A DNA stretch of 64,000 bases from Parcubacteria group bacterium GW2011_GWA2_40_143 (GTDB lineage: Bacteria > Patescibacteriota > Minisyncoccia > UBA9983): positions 21,676 through 85,675 of the forward strand of contig LBYH01000001.1 in assembly GCA_000996035.1 (NCBI GenBank). The letters run 5' to 3'. The position numbers and the translations under genes are program-made. The notes beneath the pieces were generated by a model. The model did not search any database and was not told the origin of the DNA. It saw only the letters and a program-made list of their open reading frames with translations. Below are positions 10,295 to 20,839 of this stretch, piece after piece (within the stretch, counting starts at the first letter, position 1; each line of letters opens with the position of its first letter).

Positions 10295-12304
10295 TTACAG
10301 TTTTATTCTCTTGAGCGTAAGGGCGTTGGCTACCACTATTACGGTGGACATGCTCATTATGATGGCGCCTATTTCCGGTCTTAAAAAAAAGCCGAGCGAG
10401 GCGAAAGCGCCAGCGGCGGCCGGAATGGCCACGACGTTGTAGCCAAGCGCCCAAATAAGATTCTGAATCATTTTGCCATAAACTTTCTTGGAAAGAATGA
10501 TTAAACGCGCCGCGTCCATGGGATTGCTGCGCGTAAGCACTACGTCGCCGGCTTCAGCCGCCACGTCCGTACCGGCGCCAATGGCTACCCCGATATCAGC
10601 TTGAGCCAGCGCTGGCGCGTCGTTTACGCCGTCGCCGACCATCATCACCACGCTGCCGTCTTCCTGAAGTTTTTTGATATATTTATATTTATCTTCCGGC
10701 AATACTTCGGCAAAATATATTTCTATACCAAGAGCTTCAGCCGCGTTTCTTGCCGTTTCTTTGTTATCGCCTGTTATCATGACGGGCTTGATGCCCATAC
10801 TCTTTATGGCTTTTACCGCCTCGTAAGATTCTGTCCTTATCTTATCGGCAAGCGCGATAAGACCGATCAATCTTCCGTCTTTTGCCACGAAAACAACCGT
10901 TTTGCTCTGCCTTAAAAAATCTTGATGCGGCTCTTTTCTCTCTTCAAGCACTTCGTTTTCCGCCATAAAACTTTTATTGCCTATCAAATATTCGCTGTTC
11001 CCCACTAAGGCTTTAACTCCCTTGCCAGCAATATTTTTAAAATCTCGGATTGACGCAAGCTCAATACTTTTTTCTCGCGCGTAATTCACTATCGCGTTTG
11101 CGATAACATGCGATGAATGTTTTTCCACCGAGGCAACAAGGCCTATAAATTGTTTCTCGTCTCCATAATCTTCCGTCAAAAGAGCAATGTCCGTTACGCC
11201 GAAACCGCCCTCCGTGAGAGTGCCGGTTTTATCAAACACGACATAGCTGGCGTTTTTTATTATTTCCAATTTGGAAAGATCTTTTATAAAAATTCCGTTT
11301 TTGGCGGCCAGAGAAGTGGCAATGGAAGTAACGGCCGGTATTGCCAAACCAAGCGCGTGCGGACAAGCTATTACCAATACCGTGATAGCTAGCGTAAAGG
11401 CAAAAACCAGCGGCTGGCCAAAAACAAAAGCCCAGATAAGCAAAGCGAGAACGGCGGCGGCGGCGGCGACAAAAGTCAAGACTCCGGCCGCTTTATCAGC
11501 CAAGCGTTGCGAAGAAGGCTTGGTTTTTTGCGCTTTGGCAATAAGATTTTTAATCTGCCCTATCGTTGAGTTTTCTCCCGCTCTGGTTATTTTTACGGTA
11601 AGCGAACCGTCCAAACAGATGGAACCGGCCACCACCTTGCTTTCCTTTTTCTTTTCAACCGGTTTTGACTCGCCGGTGATGAGCGCTTCGTTTACGTTAG
11701 CGCCGCCTTCTATCACCTCGCCATCGGCCGGCGCTTTCTCACCCGGCCTTATAAACACAATATCGCCTTCTTTAAGCGCCGATACGTCAACCTCTTCCTC
11801 CATTCCGTCTTTTATAACACGCGCCTTCTTTGGCAAAAGCTTGGCTATCTCCTCAAGCGCGTTTCCAGCCGCGGCGCCAGATCTGGCTTCCAAATAATGG
11901 CCAAACATCAACACCCAAATAAGCGTGGATATCTCAAGATAAAACTTGATCTCCAAAGCCGGCACAAAAACACCGGCAACCGAGAAGAGATAACCGGATC
12001 CCACTGCCAAAGAAACTAGCGTCATCATGCCGTATTTTCTTGTCTTTATCTCATGCCAAGCATGGCGAAAAAACACCAGACCAAACCAAAAGACAGCCGA
12101 AGCGATAATAAATTGAATATAATCATTTAAGATATAGCCCTCAAGACCGAAAATTTTAGAACCAATTCCGCTGCTTAAAAATAATGGAACAAGTAGAGCG
12201 GTAATAATCCAAAATTTGTTTAGAAATTCTTTCGCCGATCCGTGAGAAGACATGCCGCCGCCGCTTGAGTGACAGCAATGATTGTTTTTATTTTCCATGT
12301 TCAT
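10295..12304 (-). CDS. Copper-translocating P1B-type ATPase (CopB-like, CPH motif)
   Basis: TGES, ACPHALG, DKTGT and GDGVNDAP motifs; short His/Cys N-terminus. Confidence 0.9.
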   Translation of the reverse strand: MNMENKNNHCCHSSGGGMSSHGSAKEFLNKFWIITALLVPLFLSSGIGSKIFGLEGYILNDYIQFIIASAVFWFGLVFFRHAWHEIKTRKYGMMTLVSLAVGSGYLFSVAGVFVPALEIKFYLEISTLIWVLMFGHYLEARSGAAAGNALEEIAKLLPKKARVIKDGMEEEVDVSALKEGDIVFIRPGEKAPADGEVIEGGANVNEALITGESKPVEKKKESKVVAGSICLDGSLTVKITRAGENSTIGQIKNLIAKAQKTKPSSQRLADKAAGVLTFVAAAAAVLALLIWAFVFGQPLVFAFTLAITVLVIACPHALGLAIPAVTSIATSLAAKNGIFIKDLSKLEIIKNASYVVFDKTGTLTEGGFGVTDIALLTEDYGDEKQFIGLVASVEKHSSHVIANAIVNYAREKSIELASIRDFKNIAGKGVKALVGNSEYLIGNKSFMAENEVLEERKEPHQDFLRQSKTVVFVAKDGRLIGLIALADKIRTESYEAVKAIKSMGIKPVMITGDNKETARNAAEALGIEIYFAEVLPEDKYKYIKKLQEDGSVVMMVGDGVNDAPALAQADIGVAIGAGTDVAAEAGDVVLTRSNPMDAARLIILSKKVYGKMIQNLIWALGYNVVAIPAAAGAFASLGFFLRPEIGAIIMSMSTVIVVANALTLKRIKL

Positions 12305-12312
12305 ATTTTAGT

Positions 12313-12861
12313 TTAAATCTTCAAAGCGCAAACTGACGGCTTCCCAATATTTTTCGCCGCAAAATATATGGAAAAAACAAGCAAGGCAATGCTGAAAATC
12401 TTTATTTCCTGACCGCCAAACGGAAAAAAAGAAACTAACCAGCCTCCTCCAACCGAGGATAAAAGAGAGCCGAAAACAAATGTCCCGCAAGCGCCACATC
12501 CGGCTCCCAACACTCCACTGGCGATACCTCCGGCGCCGATGGCGGTCGCGTTGCCGCCAAACTTTCTTCTTTTGTCCTTTATGTAATAAATGATTATGGA
12601 AACATTAATCCCAAAAAGAACAGAAATGATCACCAGATACACCCTCGCCCATGCCGTAAAATTTGTTTTAAACGCGCCAAGCAAGTTGACGATTGTTTTT
12701 ATTTCTTCCCAAAAACTTCCATTTGACGATAATATTTCCAAAACAAGTTTCCAGTTTGGCAACAATATGGTCAAAACAACGGACGTGACGGAAACAACAA
12801 CGGCAACCGCGAGATAATGCCGGTTTCCAAGCGCTTTCTTTAAAACTTTAAAAGCTTCCAT
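12313..12861 (-). CDS. Hypothetical membrane protein with intramembrane CxxC (GCGACG)
   Basis: Four hydrophobic segments and a CGAC motif, within the copper operon. Confidence 0.7.
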   Translation of the reverse strand: MEAFKVLKKALGNRHYLAVAVVVSVTSVVLTILLPNWKLVLEILSSNGSFWEEIKTIVNLLGAFKTNFTAWARVYLVIISVLFGINVSIIIYYIKDKRRKFGGNATAIGAGGIASGVLGAGCGACGTFVFGSLLSSVGGGWLVSFFPFGGQEIKIFSIALLVFSIYFAAKNIGKPSVCALKI

Positions 12862-12867
12862 TTAAAA

Positions 12868-13581
12868 TTATTTTTCTTCCAAAGCCAGCTTTACCAATTC
12901 TTCAACGGATGAGTAAGGCAACGCGCCATTTATGGGAAATTTTTTGCCGTTTGGGGCGATAAGAATGCTCCACGGAGTGCCTCGCCCACCGGTAGCAATA
13001 GCATTATCAACCTCATCCTGAATATGCTTATCGTATCTGCCACTCTCAAGACATTCATTGAATTTTGTTTTGTCCAAACCCATATCAGTGGCAATTTTAG
13101 GCAAAACAATATCTATGTCCGTTCTGTTGTTTGAAGGAGTAACTTCAAAAAATTTGTCCGCGAATTCCCAAAACGCTTCTTTGCCACCAAGCTCAACCGC
13201 ACACTCCGTGGCAATCGCTTCTTTGCGCGCCTTAACAGGGTGGAGTGAATCCAACGGAAAATGCCTATACACCCAAGCCACCTCACCGGACTTGCCGTAC
13301 TCATCAATTATTTTTTTCATTGTAAAATGAAAACTCTTGCAAAACGGACATTCAAAATCGGAATATTCCACTATTTTTATAGATGCGTTCGGGTTGCCGA
13401 GGATATGATCGTTGTTTGTTATCGGACTAAGCGACTCAAGCGGATCAGCCTTTTTTTCTTTGGGAAGATTTGCGGCTGAAGGAGCAGCTTTGCTTCTTGT
13501 CATAAATATGGCGCCGGCAATTATGATGGCGGCAATTATGATGGCGGTCGGCACCGACAAATTTTTTTTATTTTCTGTCAT
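12868..13581 (-). CDS. DsbA/BdbD-like thioredoxin-fold oxidoreductase
   Basis: EYSDFECPFC, YRHFPL and GTP cis-Pro loop. Confidence 0.9.
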   Translation of the reverse strand: MTENKKNLSVPTAIIIAAIIIAGAIFMTRSKAAPSAANLPKEKKADPLESLSPITNNDHILGNPNASIKIVEYSDFECPFCKSFHFTMKKIIDEYGKSGEVAWVYRHFPLDSLHPVKARKEAIATECAVELGGKEAFWEFADKFFEVTPSNNRTDIDIVLPKIATDMGLDKTKFNECLESGRYDKHIQDEVDNAIATGGRGTPWSILIAPNGKKFPINGALPYSSVEELVKLALEEK

Positions 13582-13780
13582 TTTTGATATATTTGGCCAA
13601 AGCGATTACTCCCAGCACCAAAAGCGCTATTACCAAAAGCATAAAAATCCAACCGAAACCCAAACCAAACCACCCCATTGAACCATAACCACCCATCATG
13701 GAAAAATGATGGTCAATCAATCCCGCTTGTTCCCCCATTCCTCCAAAATCGGCATAAGCCGTGTTTATTATTTTAATCAT
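13568..13780 (-). CDS. Small Met/Gly-rich membrane protein
   Basis: HHFSMMGGYGSMGW followed by a TM helix; overlaps the next gene start in the operon. Confidence 0.65.
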   Translation of the reverse strand: MIKIINTAYADFGGMGEQAGLIDHHFSMMGGYGSMGWFGLGFGWIFMLLVIALLVLGVIALAKYIKNDRK

Positions 13781-13802
13781 ATTTTTTGATTATACTATTT
13801 TT

Positions 13803-14288
13803 TTAATTTTTAATCACGTTGCCGGCAAAAGTAACTTTTATTTCCGGTGTAACCGTTGAGTTTGTTTTAAGAAAAATCTCTCTTTTTATCGGCCCAACAC
13901 CTTCCGGACCGTGAGCCATCGGATCAAAAATCGCCGTGAGTGTTTTCTCTCCGCCAGCTGGAATTATAACTTTGCCGGAACTGCCATGCATGCCAAAATT
14001 AAGATCGCCTACCACTCCTTCGGTACACATGCAGCTGGTTCCGCCAGAAAGAATAACTACGTCTGAGTCTCCAGTATTTTGAAGAACATAACCCGTTTCC
14101 ACTTTGCCGCCAAAAATATCAATATCGCCGAAATCGTAATGCGGATTTATGGCGACAACAGAAGAAGCTGAGGCTTGAGGCTCTGATTTTCTGTTTATTA
14201 TTTTTTCATCTTTATTACCAGAAAAACCGATTGCGGCTCCGATACCCAAAACAATAACCGCGATTGACAAAATTATATATTTGTTCAT
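13803..14288 (-). CDS. DUF1573-like Ig-fold exported protein with CxC motif
   Basis: YDFGDI...TSCMCT...FDPMAH...IFLKTN pattern. Confidence 0.75.
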   Translation of the reverse strand: MNKYIILSIAVIVLGIGAAIGFSGNKDEKIINRKSEPQASASSVVAINPHYDFGDIDIFGGKVETGYVLQNTGDSDVVILSGGTSCMCTEGVVGDLNFGMHGSSGKVIIPAGGEKTLTAIFDPMAHGPEGVGPIKREIFLKTNSTVTPEIKVTFAGNVIKN

Positions 14289-14317
14289 GTTTTAATATTT
14301 TTTAATTTTAATAATTT

Positions 14318-15172
14318 TTATCGACCTTCTTCTATATCTACTTGTATCGTAATCTCCGCTTCTGGCGTACTCGGATCATTGGTTGGTATAAAAATGGTGC
14401 GCTTAAAAATATCTTTAGGCTCATCGTGAAAATCAGGATCAAAACGGACAATCATCTCGGCTGATTCTCCGGACGCGATTGCCGAAGACGAGATAGATGC
14501 GGAAGTGCAACTACAGCTGGTGGTAATTTTGCCTATTTCAAGCGTTTTTACGCCATCGTTTCTTACTTTAAATTTAGCTTCCACCACGCCGCCGTATTGC
14601 GGCACTAAACCGAAATCATGAAAAGTCCGGTCAAAAGATATTTTCGGATCATTCGGCGCGACATCTTCATTGCCCATGTTTTTTTGCTCTTCATAAGCAC
14701 CAGCTTCCACAAAAGGATGTCCATCCTCCAACCAATGAATCATGCCGCCAGACATACTTTTAATGTTGGTGTAACCGAGAGAACTCATAATATCATAGGC
14801 TGTTTTGCTTCTGGCGCCGCTGCGACAATAAATAATTATTTCTTTATTTTTTGCTTCTTCACCAAGACCCACTTCAGCCAATGTTTTTTCATTAAGATTC
14901 TGCACCGGCAAAAGGATCGCGTTTTGCAGATGACTTTCTTCATATTCCGCTGGCGTACGCACGTCAAGTAAAATAATATTCTCTTTATTTTTTATCTTGT
15001 TGGCGATATTTGACGGACTTATCTCATACGTTTCCAGATTATCCATATGTTCTTTTTCTTTTTTTAAATCCATTAAATCATTTTTATTTTCATTGCTGCC
15101 AGCTGAAAACAATAACGCTATTCCCGCAAAAATCATTATAACGATCCCGCCAATAATAATTTTTTTAAACAT
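14318..15172 (-). CDS. Rhodanese domain + DUF1573-like domain exported protein
   Basis: LDVRTPAEY..H and YCRSGARS (rhodanese); HDFG..TSCSCT..PTNDP (DUF1573-like). Confidence 0.85.
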   Translation of the reverse strand: MFKKIIIGGIVIMIFAGIALLFSAGSNENKNDLMDLKKEKEHMDNLETYEISPSNIANKIKNKENIILLDVRTPAEYEESHLQNAILLPVQNLNEKTLAEVGLGEEAKNKEIIIYCRSGARSKTAYDIMSSLGYTNIKSMSGGMIHWLEDGHPFVEAGAYEEQKNMGNEDVAPNDPKISFDRTFHDFGLVPQYGGVVEAKFKVRNDGVKTLEIGKITTSCSCTSASISSSAIASGESAEMIVRFDPDFHDEPKDIFKRTIFIPTNDPSTPEAEITIQVDIEEGR

Positions 15173-15177
15173 GTTTT

Positions 15178-15447
15178 TTATTTTTTCTTTGATAATTTAT
15201 AAACCGACAAAATTTCTTCCACAGCTTTGGATGACTTACTGCCTTTAATCTGTTCAACGACATGCGTAGCCAGATGATTCTCAAGCATAAGATCTTCCAC
15301 GGAAGAGAGCGCCTGCCGCGCGGCTTGAGTCTGCGTAATAATGTCTATGCAATACTTGTGATCTTCCACCATCTTTTGCAGACCCTTTACCTGACCTTCG
15401 GCAATTTTAAGCCGCCTTAAAACTTTCTTCTGAATATCTTTTCTCAT
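15178..15447 (-). CDS. csoR: CsoR/RcnR-family metal-sensing repressor (start reassigned to ATG at 15447)
   Basis: RRLKIAEGQV.GL..M..YCIDIITQ..LENHL motif; the promoter and operator lie between 15447 and the ORF-track start at 15489. Confidence 0.85.
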   Translation of the reverse strand: MRKDIQKKVLRRLKIAEGQVKGLQKMVEDHKYCIDIITQTQAARQALSSVEDLMLENHLATHVVEQIKGSKSSKAVEEILSVYKLSKKK

Positions 15448-15456
15448 AACAACTGT

Positions 15457-15485
15457 ATGATACCCCCTATGGGTATTTGTGTCAA
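15457..15485 (-). promoter_or_regulatory. Promoter TTGACA-17-TATCAT containing CsoR-type operator ATACCCCCTATGGGTAT (15460-15476)
   Basis: ATACC..GGTAT inverted repeat with a C/G tract, typical of CsoR boxes, between -35 and -10. Confidence 0.8.
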
Positions 15486-15487
15486 AC

Positions 15488-15514
15488 ACTTGTCAAGGTC
15501 AGACCTTGGCAAGT
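15488..15514. repeat. REP-like hairpin variant (CAAGG-TCAGA-CCTTG)
   Basis: acttgtcaagg tcaga ccttggcaagt, directly after the helicase stop codon. Confidence 0.6.
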
Positions 15515-15516
15515 CA

Positions 15517-17196
15517 TTACAGAAATAATCTTGCCAATCGCAGGTCTTCGTAAGAATATTTGCCGCCGAGAATTTCATAAACCGGAGCGAGTTTTGTTTC
15601 TTTCACTTTTTTGAACACCTCGCTTATTATTTTAAAATCTCTTTCTTTCGGCTTATAAGCGCTCAAGTCAAGCGCCGGATTTTTCATCTTTAATTTTTCC
15701 AAATGAGAAATTATCGTGCCCGGCGTCATTCCCCTTTTTTTGGCGATTTCCGCGAGTGGCATTTTTTCAGACACAAGCGCCAAAGTTTTTTCGCAAGTGG
15801 ATATTTTTTCCTTAAACGCCTCTTTTTTATCTTTTTTTTTAGCGGTATTTCTGGCGATTTCTTTTTCATCAATCATACCGCCGATTTTCTTCAAAAAATT
15901 TATATGCATTTCATTCATCTCTTTATCGCTAAATCGTTCCAGCACCTTTTCCCATTTTGCCGATTCGGCCAGTAAACGCGCGTCAACTTCCATCGCGCGC
16001 GGATGCATCATAAGCGCCATATCGTTAAATCCGCGAAGCGACAAGCCGGCGAAATCACGCAAACGCGACAGCGCCACGTAACCTTGTCCGGGAACAAACG
16101 CTTTAGATAGATCAATTTCCGCCGCGTCCAAACTCATCCCTTGACTTTTATGCACCGTTATCGCCCACGCCAATCTCAATGGCAACTGCTCCACTCTCGC
16201 CAAAACCTTTTCGTCTTCTTCCACCGTCCATTTCGCTAAAGTTACGCGTATCATATCGCCCGAAAATGTCCGCACAATCGGCATGCCCTCATTATCAAAG
16301 TCTTTCACTTTTCCCAGAGTGCCATTGGCATATCCTTCATCAAAAGAATTTTTTACAAACATCACCACCGCCCCCTTTTTTAAACGAAGAGTCTCCGGCG
16401 CCAATATTCCTTTTTTAAGCGATTCCACCATGCTCGCTTTTCCGCCAGCCGACATTTCATAAACGTGCGCTTTGCCTTCTAATTTTTCCAGCTCTCTTTC
16501 GTTTTCCGCGTCCACGTCAATATTGTGCGTATAAAGCCGAGTCGGAGAAACTGATTTTAAAGACGCCGAATTATTTTCACAAATTTCCGCCAATTTGTTT
16601 TTTGACGCCGGCGAAATACCACCTTGGCGCATTTCATTTAAAATCTTTTCCAATGAAGAATCTTTTTGCCTGAATTGTTCAGACAAATAACAAATACGAA
16701 CGTCCATTTTATTCCAAGCTTCAGACGAGTGGATGAAATCGGCATTTCCTCCTTCTTTTGTTATGGGAGGCAACTGAAAAAAATCACCGGACAACACTAC
16801 CTGCATCCCGCCAAACGGCTCTTCGCTTCGCTTCATCGCCCTGCATACTCTCTCCACCGAATCAAACAATCGGGAAGAAAGCATGGATACTTCATCTATG
16901 ATAAGGACTTTGGTTTTCTCAAATTTTTTATACAGATATTCTTTTTGGATAAGCCGCTCTATATCTTCATCATTTAAATCGTCTTTAATGCCGGCGCCGG
17001 ACCACGAATGAATCGTTACTCCGCCTATATGCGTAGCGGCAATACCGGTAGATGCCGTAACGGCCGCGCGCGCTCCGCGATTTTTGAGATAAGAAATATA
17101 CTCATTAAGAACATGAGTTTTTCCGCTTCCCGCCGCGCCGGTAAGATAAACATTTTTCCCCGCCTTCAATATTTTAAGAGCGTCTTTCTGCTTCAT
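15517..17196 (-). CDS. PIF1-family helicase with C-terminal helix-turn-helix
   Basis: GAAGSGKT, IIDEVSM, GDFFQLPP, AWAITVHKSQG and YVALSR motifs. Confidence 0.9.
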   Translation of the reverse strand: MKQKDALKILKAGKNVYLTGAAGSGKTHVLNEYISYLKNRGARAAVTASTGIAATHIGGVTIHSWSGAGIKDDLNDEDIERLIQKEYLYKKFEKTKVLIIDEVSMLSSRLFDSVERVCRAMKRSEEPFGGMQVVLSGDFFQLPPITKEGGNADFIHSSEAWNKMDVRICYLSEQFRQKDSSLEKILNEMRQGGISPASKNKLAEICENNSASLKSVSPTRLYTHNIDVDAENERELEKLEGKAHVYEMSAGGKASMVESLKKGILAPETLRLKKGAVVMFVKNSFDEGYANGTLGKVKDFDNEGMPIVRTFSGDMIRVTLAKWTVEEDEKVLARVEQLPLRLAWAITVHKSQGMSLDAAEIDLSKAFVPGQGYVALSRLRDFAGLSLRGFNDMALMMHPRAMEVDARLLAESAKWEKVLERFSDKEMNEMHINFLKKIGGMIDEKEIARNTAKKKDKKEAFKEKISTCEKTLALVSEKMPLAEIAKKRGMTPGTIISHLEKLKMKNPALDLSAYKPKERDFKIISEVFKKVKETKLAPVYEILGGKYSYEDLRLARLFL

Positions 17197-17255
17197 AAAG
17201 ATAATTATAACAGAGAGACAATTAAATGTTTATCTTCTGCAAAAACTGGAGCAAA

Positions 17256-18500
17256 TCACTCATACCTAAGCGCTTCTATGGGACTCTTGGATGCGGCTTT
17301 ACGCGCCGGATAAATACCAAAGACAAGACCTACGATAATAGAACTGCCTATCCCAAGGAGAGCGGCAAAAACCGGAAAAGAAAACGAGGCGCTAGCGCCA
17401 AGAAACCTGCCCACGGCAAAAGACGCGCCGAAAGAAAGAAGCGCTCCCAACACCACGCCAACCGTGCCGCCGATAGCGGTAAGCAGTACCGCCTCTATGA
17501 GAAATTGCAAAAGTATGTCTGTCTTGGTGGCGCCTACGGCTTTTCTTAAACCTATCTCTTTCGTTCTTTCCGTAACGGAGACGAGCATTACATTCATAAT
17601 ACCAATACCTCCCACCACCAACGCCACCGCCACCACCAGTGAAAGAAAAGCGGTGAAAGCGCCGAGAATCTTACCTACCTGTTCCACCACTCCTTGCTGC
17701 GTTTGCACATGAAAATCGTCTTTACTCGGGTCACTGATATTATGCAGCTCACGCAGTGTTTGCTCTATATCAAACACCACCCTATCTATAATGTCGGCGT
17801 TTGCCGCCTTGGCTATAATCTGCGTGTAATGCTTATCACCGGTAAGATAAAGCTGCGCCGTGGTATATGGCAGAATAAGCAAATCATCAACGTTGAAAAA
17901 AACTACTTGCCCTTTCGGTTCGTACACTCCTATCACTCTGAACTTCTTGCCTTTGATTTGAATATTTTTACCTATGCCATCTTCCGCGCCAAAAAGTTCT
18001 TTTTCCACTCGCGAGCCTATCACCGCCACCGCGGCTTTGGATCTTATTTCCCTGTCGTCATACAATCTTCCTTTTTCAAGAGTAAGATTGAGTGAGTCAG
18101 ACATAAATTCGGCTGAAATGCCCAAAATGGTAGGCTTAAATGTTTCGCTGCCGTAAGAAGCACTGGCGCTTAAAAAAACTTCCGGTGTGGCGCTTACAAT
18201 ACCCGGCACTTTGCTTTTTTTAAGTATCTCTTCAAACTCACGCTCTTTGAGAGAGTCGGAGAGAAGAACATCGGCAAATTCGTTCGGTCCGCTTGGCTCC
18301 TTGCCCGGCCTTATCACGATAGTCTCGGCGCCCAAACCACCAAGCTCACCCACGATTATTTTTTCCGTATTGCCGCCCAAAGAAGAAATAAGCATAATGG
18401 CGGTAATACCAATAAGAATACCCAGCATGGTGAGAAAAGTCCTTACTTTATTTGCTTTAAGACCCCAAACGGCAGTTTTAAAAATATCAAAAAAACTCAT
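17256..18500 (-). CDS. MacB/FtsX-family ABC transporter permease
   Basis: GGIGIMNVMLVSVTERTKEIGLRKAVGA; C-terminal PIEALRYE. Confidence 0.9.
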   Translation of the reverse strand: MSFFDIFKTAVWGLKANKVRTFLTMLGILIGITAIMLISSLGGNTEKIIVGELGGLGAETIVIRPGKEPSGPNEFADVLLSDSLKEREFEEILKKSKVPGIVSATPEVFLSASASYGSETFKPTILGISAEFMSDSLNLTLEKGRLYDDREIRSKAAVAVIGSRVEKELFGAEDGIGKNIQIKGKKFRVIGVYEPKGQVVFFNVDDLLILPYTTAQLYLTGDKHYTQIIAKAANADIIDRVVFDIEQTLRELHNISDPSKDDFHVQTQQGVVEQVGKILGAFTAFLSLVVAVALVVGGIGIMNVMLVSVTERTKEIGLRKAVGATKTDILLQFLIEAVLLTAIGGTVGVVLGALLSFGASFAVGRFLGASASFSFPVFAALLGIGSSIIVGLVFGIYPARKAASKSPIEALRYE

Positions 18501-18503
18501 GAA

Positions 18504-19217
18504 TTATTTAATATATTCCTCTTGACCGCTAATTCTGTCTTTCACCACGTAATCATCAATTATTTTACCGTCACCCATTTTAATAATTCTTTCGGCGTAC
18601 CTGGCGGTGTTTGTCTCATGCGTTATCAGCACAATAATTCTATCTCTCCTTTCCTTGTTCATCTTATCAAATATATCCATCACCGCTTTGCCGGAACCGG
18701 AATCAAGATTGCCGGTAGGTTCATCGGCAAAAATAACATCAGGATCGTTTACAATGGCTCTGGCAATAGCCACTCTTTGCTTTTCTCCACCGGAGAGCAC
18801 CGCTACGTCAAAATCTTTTCTGTGCCCCAAACCCACAGACTCAATGGCTTCTAGCGCGAGCTTGGATCGTAGCGGCTCTCGTATGCCGGAATACGCCAAA
18901 GGCAATTTTACGTTTTCCAACACACTGGCTCTCTGCAAAAGATTAAACATCTGAAATACAAAACCTATTCTTTTGTTTCTTATGCGAGCTACTTCCGCTT
19001 CAGAATAATCTTTGATTTCTCTGTCGCCAAAAGAATAAGAACCGGAGGTATATGAATCTAAAAAACCAAGTGTATGCAAAAGCGTGGACTTGCCACTTCC
19101 CGAAGAACCCATTATGGCCACGAATTCTCCTTTTTCTATATCAAGAGAAACACCGCGCAGAGCGCGCGTGCCATCTGAGTAAACTTTCTCTATATTTCTC
19201 GCTTCTATGAAAGCCAT
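18504..19217 (-). CDS. ABC transporter ATP-binding protein (MacB/LolD-like)
   Basis: GSSGSGKST, LSGGEKQRVAIARA and ADEPTGNLD motifs. Confidence 0.92.
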   Translation of the reverse strand: MAFIEARNIEKVYSDGTRALRGVSLDIEKGEFVAIMGSSGSGKSTLLHTLGFLDSYTSGSYSFGDREIKDYSEAEVARIRNKRIGFVFQMFNLLQRASVLENVKLPLAYSGIREPLRSKLALEAIESVGLGHRKDFDVAVLSGGEKQRVAIARAIVNDPDVIFADEPTGNLDSGSGKAVMDIFDKMNKERRDRIIVLITHETNTARYAERIIKMGDGKIIDDYVVKDRISGQEEYIK

Positions 19218-19223
19218 TTGAAT

Positions 19224-20771
19224 TTATTGTTTTTCAAAAATGATCACCTTATCGCCTTCTTGCGCGCCTTCCGTTATCTCCACGAATCCGTCCGATCCTC
19301 TCATTCCGGTTTTTACTTCTACGATTTCCGCCATGCCGGCATCATTTAAAATTTTCACGAAGCTCTTGCCGTTTTCTTGAGATATTGCTCTTTGAGCTAC
19401 GGCTATCACATTCTTTTTCTCATCTATCTTTATCTCCACATTAGCCGTCATGCCGGATTTTATGCGCGCATCATTTTGCTCAAAAACCAAAGTAGTTTTA
19501 TAAGTAGGCACGCCTTCCACAATCGTCTCTGCCGGATCCACAAACAAAACTCTGGCTAAAAACAACGCCTCATCTCCGTAAGCATCCAAGGTTATTTCGG
19601 CCATATTGCCACTTTTTAAGCCGGCAATATCAACCTCAGGCACATTTGCTTCTATTTTAAATTTATTGAGAGAGATCACTGAGGCTACAATCTCACCGAG
19701 AGAAACAGTTTCGCCAATTTCAATTTCAAGCTTGGATATGACACCGCTCACCGGCGATCTTAAAACTGTTTTAGAAAGCTCTGCTTCGTATTGGCTTATC
19801 AACGCCTGCGCTTTGGCCAGCGCCGCTTCTTGAACAAAGATATTTTCCTGCGAAGCGCCGGCCAGATCAAGCTCAAGCTCTCTTTCTTCCAAGCTAAGAA
19901 AAGTGGCAGCGTTGCTCAATTTCTCCTGAGCGGCGGAAAGATTTGAAATAGCCGTGTTTATATTGCTCCTAGCCGTAGAAATATCGTTCTTATATCCATC
20001 TATTGTCGCTTGGCTAAATGAAGCGTTAGAAGTAAGGCTGTTCACGGCGAGAGAAACGTCATCTAAAAAATTTTTTATCTTATCAAGATTAGTTTTTGCT
20101 TCGGAAACGTAAAAATCCAAATTGCCAGTAGAAACAGAAAGCTCAACGAGAGATTCTTGCCATAAGATTAAAAGCGATTCCATGCTTACCCTGTTGTTTT
20201 CTATCCTATCCTTTCTCTGCTGATCGGCCAGAGAAAAATTAAGTTTAGGGCTTGCGCTCTTTGGGTTTGAAATAAACTGGTCAACTTTGTTTCTCACGGC
20301 ATCGTCAGACTTGGTGTAAGAATCGCTTATCACGTTCATCATATTTCGCTCAGCCTCTTCAAAGAGAACTTTTTTATTTTCCACTTTAGCTTTTTGCACA
20401 TTTATCTCTTCTTCCCTCGCGCCCTTTAGCAAATCGTTTAATTTTGCTTCTTCCGATTTAACTCCGGCTTGAGCTTGAGCAAGCTTGGCGGCGATGTCGG
20501 CGGAATATATGGAAGCGATAGCCTCGCCCCTTACCACGGAATCGCCAATTACCACGTATATGCCGGTAATTTTGCCGGATTGTTCAAAAGCAAGATTGGC
20601 ATCCGCGCCAGGCTTAACTCTACCCGTAACGCTGACTTCTTTTACGACATCGCGCCTTTCCGCCAAGGCGTATTCGTAAATCGTCTCTTTGTTTCCTCTA
20701 AAACCAAAAAACCATACACCGATCGCCACAATCACCGCCGCGATTAAACCTATTTTAAAAGATTTTTTCAT
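19224..20771 (-). CDS. Efflux periplasmic adaptor (MacA/HlyD-like) with long coiled coil
   Basis: N-terminal TM, lipoyl-like halves (LRSPVSG), GMTANV; upstream of the ABC genes. Confidence 0.85.
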   Translation of the reverse strand: MKKSFKIGLIAAVIVAIGVWFFGFRGNKETIYEYALAERRDVVKEVSVTGRVKPGADANLAFEQSGKITGIYVVIGDSVVRGEAIASIYSADIAAKLAQAQAGVKSEEAKLNDLLKGAREEEINVQKAKVENKKVLFEEAERNMMNVISDSYTKSDDAVRNKVDQFISNPKSASPKLNFSLADQQRKDRIENNRVSMESLLILWQESLVELSVSTGNLDFYVSEAKTNLDKIKNFLDDVSLAVNSLTSNASFSQATIDGYKNDISTARSNINTAISNLSAAQEKLSNAATFLSLEERELELDLAGASQENIFVQEAALAKAQALISQYEAELSKTVLRSPVSGVISKLEIEIGETVSLGEIVASVISLNKFKIEANVPEVDIAGLKSGNMAEITLDAYGDEALFLARVLFVDPAETIVEGVPTYKTTLVFEQNDARIKSGMTANVEIKIDEKKNVIAVAQRAISQENGKSFVKILNDAGMAEIVEVKTGMRGSDGFVEITEGAQEGDKVIIFEKQ

Positions 20772-20839
20772 AGCACATTAATGATAACAGTAAAACTCAA
20801 ACCTCCGTCCATAGATATATTTTTAAAAGAAATTATAAT

